From a virus (lineage: Duplodnaviria > Caudoviricetes), in IMG/VR virus record IMGVR_UViG_3300032243_001028, positions 71,097 through 135,096 of that record: DNA of 64,000 nucleotides. The stretch is one strand, 5' to 3'. The position numbers and the translations under genes are program-made. The notes beneath the pieces were generated by a model that ran no database searches, was not told where the DNA came from, and saw only the letters and a program-made list of their open reading frames with translations. Below are positions 1 through 9,500 of this stretch, one piece after another; within the stretch, counting starts at the first letter, position 1, and the number at the start of each line of letters is the position of its first letter.

Positions 1-2
1 CA

Positions 3-365
3 GTTGTCCTAACTGCAAACACTAACTTTGATATTGCTGTAGTTCAAAATACTCCAGCTACTTGGACATCTGTTGGAAAAACTGGAGCAGATGTATCGGT
101 GTTTTTTACTGATACAGGTTGGACTCCAGTAGTCACTATACGTAGCGGTGGATCTACCAAAAGTTTAGATATTGCATCTAGCAATATAGTTGTAAATAAT
201 ACAAACAGTTCTGTATCTTTTACAGTTACATACAATGATGCAAGATCGGTACTGGGTTTTATTGACCCAGGTACATGGACTCTGTACGCAACTAAGACCG
301 TAGCCGGTATTACGACCGTATCTGAGCTTGAAACTGGAAACCTCCAGATCAAGTTAAATAGCTAA
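3..365 (+). CDS. C-terminal part of virion protein (head-tail adaptor region), truncated by window start
   Basis: Frame is open from position 3 to TAA at 365; Ig-like beta-rich sequence; lies upstream of neck/tail genes. Confidence 0.6.
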   Translation, partial: VVLTANTNFDIAVVQNTPATWTSVGKTGADVSVFFTDTGWTPVVTIRSGGSTKSLDIASSNIVVNNTNSSVSFTVTYNDARSVLGFIDPGTWTLYATKTVAGITTVSELETGNLQIKLNS

Positions 366-379
366 GAAAGAAGGTAAGA

Positions 380-586
380 ATGTCAGCTCAGACTAACTTT
401 ACCGCTGCCGATATGATCGGTGGCATTTCAGCCGTAGCGCCTGTTGCCGAAGTGGTAGCAGAGCCTAAGGTTGCTGCAAAACCAGTTGCAAAGAAGGTAG
501 AAGCTAAGGTTGAAGAAGTTCAGCCTGAAGTTGTTGTCGAACCTGTAGCTGAAGTTGTTGCAGAAGAAGTTCCAGAGGTTAAGTAA
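380..586 (+). CDS. small V/E/A/K-rich hypothetical protein
   Basis: RBS AAGAAGG upstream; low-complexity ORF packed between structural genes. Confidence 0.6.
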   Translation: MSAQTNFTAADMIGGISAVAPVAEVVAEPKVAAKPVAKKVEAKVEEVQPEVVVEPVAEVVAEEVPEVK

Positions 587-588
587 TT

Positions 589-1092
589 ATGTCTGTGGCA
601 GGGAATATTGGTGACTTTTCTGAGGATGCTTTAAACCTTAAAGATATGATGGACGGAATACTTGAAAAAGTAGAAACCGTTTTTCAGTCATACAATGTTC
701 CTCTGCCTCAGCGTAGGTATTGGACAATGGGTACCCCAGCTATCGATTGTGATCAAGTTGTAGTTTCCTTCAGTCAAATGTATTTAGGAACTCCAGGGGA
801 TCAGGTAAATATGCCTCAACGATGCAACGTTCCTCGCACAGCTATTGTCAATATCAGTATTGCTCGTGAGGTCCCCACCGTTGGAATGAATGGACGCCCG
901 CCTACAGGAGAAAAGATTCAGCAAGGGGCTGCTTTATCGGCAGTGGATGCTTGGGTACTTATGGCTTCTATGAAATCTTTTGACATGTGGGACGGAATAT
1001 TTGGTCTAGGAGTTATGGCTACTATTGAAGCTGCAGACATGGAGGGTGGCTTTCAAGTTGTAACTATGGAGTTAACTTTGGCGGTTCCATAA
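589..1092 (+). CDS. putative tail terminator / head-tail joining protein
   Basis: 167 aa; position between adaptor and HK97 gp10-like gene. Confidence 0.5.
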   Translation: MSVAGNIGDFSEDALNLKDMMDGILEKVETVFQSYNVPLPQRRYWTMGTPAIDCDQVVVSFSQMYLGTPGDQVNMPQRCNVPRTAIVNISIAREVPTVGMNGRPPTGEKIQQGAALSAVDAWVLMASMKSFDMWDGIFGLGVMATIEAADMEGGFQVVTMELTLAVP

Positions 1093-1490
1093 TGGCTGCA
1101 AAAATAAAAATTACTTTATACCACGAAAAAATACAAAATCTTTTAAATTCTCCTAGGGGAGATGTTGGCAGAGAACTTTCAAGAAGGGCTAAAAAAGTTC
1201 AAGTTGCAGCTAAAAGGCAGGTGGGAGTTAGGACCGGAAGACTTAGAAACTCTATAAGAGTTTACGGCCATAGCAGAACTGCCAACGGTCAACACATGTA
1301 TATAGGATCGTCTGTTCCTTATGCTCTTATGCACCATGAGGGTACTAGAAAACATACTATTACTCCAAAAAGAAAATCTTACTTGAAATTCAGGCAAGGT
1401 GCGGTCTTTATTTATAGAAAGAAAGTCAATCATCCTGGTACCAAAGCAAATAGGTATTTAACAGATAATTTATACTTATTCTATAGCTAA
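1092..1490 (+). CDS. HK97 gp10-like neck/tail-completion protein
   Basis: Motifs VRTGRLRNSI, YALMHHEGT, HPGTKANRYL typical of this family. Confidence 0.8.
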   Translation: MAAKIKITLYHEKIQNLLNSPRGDVGRELSRRAKKVQVAAKRQVGVRTGRLRNSIRVYGHSRTANGQHMYIGSSVPYALMHHEGTRKHTITPKRKSYLKFRQGAVFIYRKKVNHPGTKANRYLTDNLYLFYS

Positions 1491-1535
1491 ATAGCTATAA
1501 ATACGCAAGTATTCAATACAAATTAAGGATAACAA

Positions 1536-1874
1536 ATGACTCGATTTAAAGACTTTGGTACTGGTGATCAGGACCCAAATGCTGAGCCAATCTCATTTAA
1601 ACTACACGGCCAAGAATTTCAATGCGTAAAGCAGATTCAAGGTAAAACCATGCTGGAGCTTATTTCGGCTAGCTCGTCTGATGACGCTACTCGAAATGCA
1701 GATGCAGTTACTCTATTTTTCGCTAAAGTTCTTTTGAAGGACAGCTACGAAAAGTTTGTAGCTCTACAAGAAGATCCAGAAAAAATTGTTTCAGTTGAAA
1801 CTCTATCCGAGATCACTTCGTGGCTCATCGAGGAGTATTCAAGCCGCCCTACAGAGCGGCCATCAGTCTCCTAA
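1536..1874 (+). CDS. tail assembly chaperone (G-like)
   Basis: First of two overlapping ORFs directly before tape measure; ends in ...YSSRPT... as many actinophage chaperones do. Confidence 0.7.
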   Translation: MTRFKDFGTGDQDPNAEPISFKLHGQEFQCVKQIQGKTMLELISASSSDDATRNADAVTLFFAKVLLKDSYEKFVALQEDPEKIVSVETLSEITSWLIEEYSSRPTERPSVS

Positions 1875-2278
1875 GTTGGGGGATTGATCTCTGGCCGTAC
1901 GTCAACGGAAAGGCATTAGTGAGCGGTCTACAACTTGCAAGTATGGAAGCATGTGACATGCTTGACGTCCTTCACTATTTCCTCGAAGAAGACTTCAGAT
2001 ACTCTGGCGAATATGAGCCAATTTACAAGGATAACTTTAGAAAGAATATTTATGATTCTTTGTATGGATCTGAGTATAAGTATCTAAGTCAAGATGAAAT
2101 TAGTCCTGATTTCGATGACATAAGTACATTAGGAGCTCCAGAAGAACCTCTAGAGCCCGAAGAGATTATTGAGCCTTTCAATCCAAGACAGGCCTCAGTA
2201 AAACCATATATTGAACCTACCCCGGTTTTTGATGGAATGCTACCTTTCGGTGGAATTCTAGATCAACCGATGGGTTAA
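1820..2278 (+). CDS. tail assembly chaperone second ORF (T-like; possibly reached by frameshift)
   Basis: Overlaps previous ORF in the -1 frame and precedes tape measure. Confidence 0.6.
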   Translation: MAHRGVFKPPYRAAISLLSWGIDLWPYVNGKALVSGLQLASMEACDMLDVLHYFLEEDFRYSGEYEPIYKDNFRKNIYDSLYGSEYKYLSQDEISPDFDDISTLGAPEEPLEPEEIIEPFNPRQASVKPYIEPTPVFDGMLPFGGILDQPMG

Positions 2279-2304
2279 TTGTAAGAAGGAGGTGAGTCAT
2301 ACCC

Positions 2305-5300
2305 ATGGCTGGTATAAATGAAGTTGGTAAAGCCAATGTTGTTGTAGGAGCTGATACTAAAAAAGCTGAAATCGATATTGAGAGATTTAGAAAAAGGCTA
2401 GAGCAAACTGGTCGTGGTTATGACAAACTTTTTAAAGAAGACATAACTAGAAAATTTTCTGAAAACTTTAGAAAAGGTTTTGAACAAGGAGTTCTTCGTG
2501 GAGTTCAAAAAGGTGAGAATCAGTTTTATCAACTTAACCGAGCCATAAACGTTGCTGCCACCTCTCTGCAAAAAATTAAAGGTCCTGCTGAAATGGCAGC
2601 AGATCGTTTTATGAAATTGCAGCGCACCGGGCTTAAAATGCAAGCAGCTTTTGGAACTATAGCCGGAACCATTGGAGATCTAGCTGGAGGAATTTTAGGT
2701 CTTGTAGGAGTTCTTGGGGCAGCGGCTCCTGCAGCTGTAGCACTCGGTGGAGCTATGGCATCAGTTGGGGTTGGATTTGTTGGCGTAAAAGTTGCTATGT
2801 CAGGTGTGTCAAACGCTATTGGTGCAGTTTGGCAATCTCAAACTGCTTTAAATGATACATTTAGAGCTGCTACTCAAGAATATATTGGATTAAAGTTTGC
2901 TGCTGAGGAAGCCGCTCTATCCCAAGAAGATGCTGCACTTAAACTTGAAGTTGCTCGTGAAGCACTGGCACGCGTTCAAGATCTTCCACCGGATAACCGA
3001 CTACGTCGTCAGACAGAACTTGCTTTTAAAAATGCAGAATTAAATCTTCGTGAAACTAAGCACAAAAGTGAAGAAGCTTTTCGAGCCGTTAAAAAGGGTA
3101 TTACTGCTACAAGTGCGTATCAACCCTTGGCCGCTCTATCTGATGTACAACTACAGTTTGTAAAGTTTGTAGTTGCGCTTAGACCTCAAATGCAGACACT
3201 TAAAAAAGAAGTTGCTGCAGGGTTTATACCTAAACTTACAGAGTCAATAAATACTATTATGAAGCATGGCTTTCCTATATTTAAAACTGGACTAAAACAA
3301 GTTGCATCTGCAATGGGGGATGCTACTAAGACTTTTGCAAGTGCATTTAAAAATCCTCAAAATCTACAGCAACTAGCTGGTTTCTTTAAAAGCTCTACTG
3401 GAATTATTCATAGTTTTGGAAGTGCTACTAAATCTTCATTTGGTATTTTAATAACTCTTCTTCATGCTGCTGAACCTATTACAAAACGTTTTGCTGATTG
3501 GGTAGATAAATATCTTGCAGGTCTTGATAAAAAAGTTAAAGTAGGTAGTTTTACCGGTAGCCTTCAGAGAATGTTTGCTCTTGCTGGAGACGTATCTGCA
3601 CGTCTTGGAAAAGCATTTAGCACGGTATTTGATGGAATAAAAAATATTATTAAAGCAACTTTTCCTAGCGGTCCCAAGAGTGGTGCTGGTGGAGTTTTAC
3701 TTGATTTTATTGATAAGGTAACACAGGGGTTTGAAAAATTTACTGGAAGTAAATCATTTGCTTCGTGGCTTGAAAATTCTACTAAAGGTGCTGTAGCTGC
3801 TTTAACTACTATTGGTAAATTTCTTGGTATTTTTGTTGATCTAGCTGGAAGTAAAGATACAAAAGCATTTTGGGACACTATACAACAAGCAATTCCTTAC
3901 GTAAAAACTATACTTGAAAACGGTCAAGCAGTAGGTGTGCAAATTGCAGGTATTTTAGTTGACGTGGCTAAGATTTTAGCTGCTTTTGCAGATCAAGGTA
4001 CGCTTGTTACATTCTTCAACTCTCTTAGAGTAATTTTTGATGCATTTGCTAATTTTGTAAATTCACCTATTGTAAAAACAATATTAGGATTCCTTGGAGC
4101 TTTGCATGGACCTATGCTTGCTCTTGGTGCAGTTTTTATATTAGGTAAAAAAGCTCTTGAAATATTTCTAGGTTATTTAGCTAAAGCTGCTAATATAATG
4201 GGGACTACCACTATGAAGGCTAGGGCTGCCCAGCAAGCTCATCAAGCATTTGGTAGAGAAATGAAACTTGCTGGACTAGCAGGAGAGACATTCTGGCAAA
4301 AACTTAGAAGAGCTTCTGCAACAGCTAATAATCAAAAGCTTTTGGCAATGGGTAGAGAAGCTGGTTTTGCTAAAGATCGTCTAGCTCAACTAGAACTTCA
4401 AATGATTTCTAACTCTAGAACTGCAACCCTATTTGATGAAACCACCCAAAAAAGCACTAACCTAATGGAGATGGATGCTAATCAAGCATTAGAGTTGGCT
4501 TTAAGAATTGAACAACTTGCAAAAGCTCAGGGCATGGATTCCGTTGCATTAAATAAATTAAATACGCAAATGTTAGAAAATATTACACTTGCTGGACAAG
4601 AAAATATAACCAATCAAGGACTACTTAGGGGTACCGAGCTTGCAAATGGTGCGTATAAAGCTCCATTTGTAAACGCCAATGAAGCTGCTTACTATGGTCA
4701 ACCTGGTACTAAAGGAGGTAATCCTAATTTAGTTCTTACCGGGGGTAGAGCCGGTTTTAAAGCCGTGGGAGCCGGTATAAAAGGTATGTTCGGTGGCATG
4801 GGTGGTGGAGGTGTTGCTGGTGGCTTAGGTATGGGAGCCATGGCAGTGAGCGGTTTAGTTGGCATGGGTACTGGTACCATGGGTCCAATTGGTATGGCTA
4901 CTCAGGCTATTGGTGGAATTGCTTCCATGTTTGGGCCTGGCGGTATGGTTGTTGGTGGTCTGCTATCTGTTGGTGGAACTATTGTTGATGGAATTATAGC
5001 TGCGGAAAATGAACGTCAAAAAGGTATTAAAGAATTTAGAATTGCCGTTGCAAATATGTCGGTTGAAAGCTTAAATCAAGTTCAAGGATTTGCTGAAAAA
5101 GCTGTAGCTGCTGGATATGTAGGAACTAAAGCAGAGGGATCTGCTCTAGCTTCAAAATATGATGCAACTGCAAGTAGGGTTATTCCAAGCACTACCCACG
5201 AAATTAGAGCAACGTATAGTAAAGATGCAACTAAGCAAGCTGCAGCTATGGACGAGGCATTGGCAGCATTTGCTTTATCTAATAAAAGAGCTTTTCAACT

Positions 5301-6531
5301 ATCTCAAAGAAATGTAAATCAAGAAAACATTTTAAATTCAGTTGGAAGTATTGCGCAACATAGTACTTTAAGTACTACTGACATTGCAGGAGCTTTAGGG
5401 TCTCTATCCAGCATAACCGAAGATACTAAGGACGGTGTTCTACAAGGATTAGTTGGTGCTGGACTAGTTGGTAAAGGTAATCTTACAGATCTTAAAAAAG
5501 ATCTTGGATATACTGATAAAGGTGTATTGACTAATGAATCATTTAATAAACTTTTAACAGATATAAAAAATATTAACAAATCTACGCCTACTACGCCTGG
5601 AGTAACTCCTCCCCCTGGCAGTCTCCCTACTGCAGTTGCTCCAAATAAATTTATACCTTTAGGGTCAGTTCAACCTAATCCAAATATTTATGATTATAAA
5701 ACTATATATGGAACAAATGGGTATACTGCGGCTCAGTCTCAAGCGGCTAGAAACTTTAAATTAGCTCCAGCTACTTCAGGACTATTGCCTGACGCCATTG
5801 GAGATTTGTCTACTCAAAGCTTCTTTAAACTAGATGCTAATAAAAATGTTACTGGTTTTAAGAGTCAAGAAGGACAGAATCAAGTTACAAATGCTATTTC
5901 TGACTTATCTTATGCTCTTTCTGGAATAAGAGGCAGTATAACTAATGAATCAAGGGGTTATTATAAGTATGCTGGAAATATTTATAGTCCGTCTGAATTA
6001 GAAAAATTAAAAACAAAAAATCCAACAAGATACAACGCTATAAAAAAAGATCCTGATGCATTTCAACAAGAGCAGGGGTATAACGTATCCGGTAAGTTTT
6101 TCTCAACAGAATTATTTAATAGTGCTTTAAAGTCAATTAAAGTTAAAATCAATGGAAAAGATCTAAATGCTTATGATGCATTAGCTGGAACTACTACCCT
6201 AGCTAATATCGGTAAAATTGGAGAATTGACTAGCACCGGGAAAACTGGAAATCCTATCCTTGACGCGGCAAATAAAACGGATTCAGAGCAATTAAAAACT
6301 TTTACAACAGCTAGTGATACGATGAAGACTAGTGCTGAAAGTTGGGGTAAGGCTGCTGCCAAATTTGAAGGCTATGGAGATCTTATTAAAGGTGAGACAA
6401 ATAAAGCAATAGCGTTTGCTGTAGTTGCTGCTTCCACTGAAGGAAAGAAAGCAATAGCTGCTGGCGATACTGGAGCAATAAATAATCTAATACTGACTGA
6501 AATTAAAAAACTAAGGCTGAGTACTAAATAA
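2305..6531 (+). CDS. tape measure protein
   Basis: 1408 aa, A/G-rich helical with hydrophobic segments; RBS AAGGAGG; follows chaperone pair. Confidence 0.9.
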   Translation: MAGINEVGKANVVVGADTKKAEIDIERFRKRLEQTGRGYDKLFKEDITRKFSENFRKGFEQGVLRGVQKGENQFYQLNRAINVAATSLQKIKGPAEMAADRFMKLQRTGLKMQAAFGTIAGTIGDLAGGILGLVGVLGAAAPAAVALGGAMASVGVGFVGVKVAMSGVSNAIGAVWQSQTALNDTFRAATQEYIGLKFAAEEAALSQEDAALKLEVAREALARVQDLPPDNRLRRQTELAFKNAELNLRETKHKSEEAFRAVKKGITATSAYQPLAALSDVQLQFVKFVVALRPQMQTLKKEVAAGFIPKLTESINTIMKHGFPIFKTGLKQVASAMGDATKTFASAFKNPQNLQQLAGFFKSSTGIIHSFGSATKSSFGILITLLHAAEPITKRFADWVDKYLAGLDKKVKVGSFTGSLQRMFALAGDVSARLGKAFSTVFDGIKNIIKATFPSGPKSGAGGVLLDFIDKVTQGFEKFTGSKSFASWLENSTKGAVAALTTIGKFLGIFVDLAGSKDTKAFWDTIQQAIPYVKTILENGQAVGVQIAGILVDVAKILAAFADQGTLVTFFNSLRVIFDAFANFVNSPIVKTILGFLGALHGPMLALGAVFILGKKALEIFLGYLAKAANIMGTTTMKARAAQQAHQAFGREMKLAGLAGETFWQKLRRASATANNQKLLAMGREAGFAKDRLAQLELQMISNSRTATLFDETTQKSTNLMEMDANQALELALRIEQLAKAQGMDSVALNKLNTQMLENITLAGQENITNQGLLRGTELANGAYKAPFVNANEAAYYGQPGTKGGNPNLVLTGGRAGFKAVGAGIKGMFGGMGGGGVAGGLGMGAMAVSGLVGMGTGTMGPIGMATQAIGGIASMFGPGGMVVGGLLSVGGTIVDGIIAAENERQKGIKEFRIAVANMSVESLNQVQGFAEKAVAAGYVGTKAEGSALASKYDATASRVIPSTTHEIRATYSKDATKQAAAMDEALAAFALSNKRAFQLSQRNVNQENILNSVGSIAQHSTLSTTDIAGALGSLSSITEDTKDGVLQGLVGAGLVGKGNLTDLKKDLGYTDKGVLTNESFNKLLTDIKNINKSTPTTPGVTPPPGSLPTAVAPNKFIPLGSVQPNPNIYDYKTIYGTNGYTAAQSQAARNFKLAPATSGLLPDAIGDLSTQSFFKLDANKNVTGFKSQEGQNQVTNAISDLSYALSGIRGSITNESRGYYKYAGNIYSPSELEKLKTKNPTRYNAIKKDPDAFQQEQGYNVSGKFFSTELFNSALKSIKVKINGKDLNAYDALAGTTTLANIGKIGELTSTGKTGNPILDAANKTDSEQLKTFTTASDTMKTSAESWGKAAAKFEGYGDLIKGETNKAIAFAVVAASTEGKKAIAAGDTGAINNLILTEIKKLRLSTK

Positions 6532-6567
6532 TGACACGTACAAACTTAATTCCTAAGGAGATCGCGA

Positions 6568-9500
6568 ATGAATCGCGTAAATCTTGTAACTAATCCGTCA
6601 TTTAAGACGGACACCTCAGGCTGGACTACTGTCGGCACTGGAACATCATTTGTTCGTTCTACTACCGATGGATTTTACGGTAGCACATGCTTAGAAGTAA
6701 CTAAGCCTGCTTTAAATTCAACTGGCGTGTCATGGACATCAGCTGCTACTCCTAACCTAGTTAGCAACTCAAGTTTTGAATCAGCTCCTAGCGATACTGT
6801 GAGTAGGACTAACTTACTAACAAACCCAAGTTTTGAAGCAGAAGCTAGTACGGTTGTTACTGCCAGAACTAACTTAGTGACTAATCCTGGTTTTGAAACA
6901 TCATCTAGCACAGCTACTATTCGTACTAATAGAATTCTTAATCCAAGATTTGAAGCAGCTCCTACTGTAACTACTAGCCGAATTAATTTACTTATAAATT
7001 CAAGTTTTGAAGCAACAACTGTTGAAACAACTGCTAGAACTAACTTATGTACAAACCCGAGTTTTGAGCACGCTACTACTCCCATTTCTGGATGGGCTGC
7101 TGTAAATGGTGCTAGTAGGGCAGCTTCAACTGCACAAAAAAACATTGGTGCTCAAAGTTTGCTTGTAACTTATGGTGCTGCAGCTGGAGCAACGTACACT
7201 GGAGTAGGTTATGCATTAACCCTTGCAGCATCTACTACATATACTTTTTCTGCATACGTATATACTCCAAGTGGATCTGTTTTTCCTCAGCTTAGCGTTC
7301 AATCATCAGTGACTCCCGCATTTACAGCTGTTATTTCTTCAAATGCAACGTCAACAGGTGCTTGGCAGAGACTTTCAGTTACATTTACCACAACTGCTGC
7401 CGGTTCTTATACGTGTTATGTACTAAACAGTGCTGCAGTTACTGGAACAAAAACTTTCTATCTAGACAATGTTTTAATAGAACAGACAAGTATTCTTAAA
7501 CCATATTTTGATGGTGCTACATCAGGAACTGGAACTGAATTTACTTACAACTGGACAAGTACTGCTCATCTAAGCACCAGTGAGCAAAAATATTTTAAAA
7601 ATCCTACTTGGGGCTATATTAGGGCGTTATCTGGAATTGCCTCAACTGCACAATGCCTGTATGGAACTAAATCAGCTTTGCTTACTGCTGACGGCTCTCC
7701 TGGAGCTTTTGGTATGTATAACTCTGGTATCGGGAGTGCTCGTACTGCGGTCACTGCTGGATCAACTTACACTTCTTCTATCTATGTTCGTGATATAAAT
7801 ACTGCAGTTTCTTATTATGCGGCTATTGAATGGTATAACAGCAGTGGTGGTAGCGCTGGTGCTACTTCAACTGGAACAGTGACAGCAGTTAATTCTTCAG
7901 GCTGGACCCGCATAAGTGTTTCAGCAGCTGCACCTACCGAAGCTGTTACGGCAGTACCTACTTTCTACTCAAATACTGCCCCAGCAAGCGGTACACAGGT
8001 ATATTTTGATGGTGCTCTTTTTGATTTTTCTGCTGAAGTTAGGCCATATTTTGACGGAGATACCGCCGCTGCTAATGAATTTACCTACTCCTGGTCTGGC
8101 ACTGCTCATGCAAGTACTAGCCTTCAAAAGTTTAATGCTGCACCTAGCTACTCATTCGATTCATTAAAAGGCGTTGTTGCTAGAAGCTCTGCAACATCTC
8201 CTTTTGTAGGTACTTATAGCGGTTTAGTAACAAGCCTCAGCAGCTTTGGTACTCTTGGTACTTATTCTTCAAACTCAACTGTTACTGCTGGAACTACTTA
8301 TGTTGGTTCTATTTATGTTAAAGATTTGAGCCTTGGTAGAACTATCCAAGTAAACATAGATTGGCGTGGCAGTGGGGGCTATATAAGTAGTAGTAGTGGT
8401 ACTGCAACAGCTATTTCTACCGGTTCATGGACAAGAATTAGCGTTACTGGAGTTGCTCCATCGGGAGCAACAGGTGCTTCACTTGTATTAGCTGTTCCTT
8501 CAACCGCCCCATATGGTTCACAATTTTACATAGATGCTGCCTTACTTGAAGCAGGCTCTTACGTCAATACTTACTTTGATGGATCAACTACTGCTACAGG
8601 TGATTTTACTCACGCTTGGACTGGAACTGCTGACGCTTCATCTAGTAATCAAGTTGCAAATATGGTTGATGGTTGGAGCAATGTATATAATCCAGAAGGG
8701 TTGTCATACGGATTTTATCGAACTAATGCAGATAAACAAAATGGCTCTTACTCAATGGCTTTGGCTATGTATCAAGGAACAGGTGCTAATCCAATTAATC
8801 TTGGTACACCAATCCTTAGTGCAATTACGGCTAGCAAGACCTATACATCTTCCATTTATGTCTACACTAATCGAACACAAAACATTAACTTTGTGTTTAC
8901 AGTTACTACTGCTGCTGGTTCTACTTACCCAGGTGTAGTGACTTCTGTACCGGGTGGAACTTGGACTAGAATAAATTATACGTACACTATGCCTTCCAAT
9001 TTGGTTAGTTCTACTGTACAAATTCAACCAAGTGCTCCAAAAAGCGGTGACTATTTCTACTTTGATCAATTTTTGTTAGAAGAATCTAGTATTTTAAAAT
9101 CTTATTTTGATGGCAGTACAGCAGCAGCAGGTGAATTTACTTATTCCTGGTCCGGCACTGCTAATGCTTCAACTAGCATCCAACAATATTCTATTAGCTC
9201 TACTTGGGGATCTATTGGATCATTATCTGCTATCACCTCAACTGCACAGTATTTATATGGGGCTAAATCTACACTAGCTACTGCCGATGGTTCTGGAACT
9301 TTTGGTATCTATAACTCGGGTGTGTCTTCTGCTCGTACTGCAGTCACTGCTGGTAAATCCTACACTTCTTCTATTTATGTTAAAGACATCGATACTGGAG
9401 TTTCATACTATGCAGGTATTGAATGGAAAGATAGCGGTGGTAGTAGCGCGGGCGCTACTTCAACCGGAACAGTCACGGCAGTTAATTCTTCAGGCTGGAC

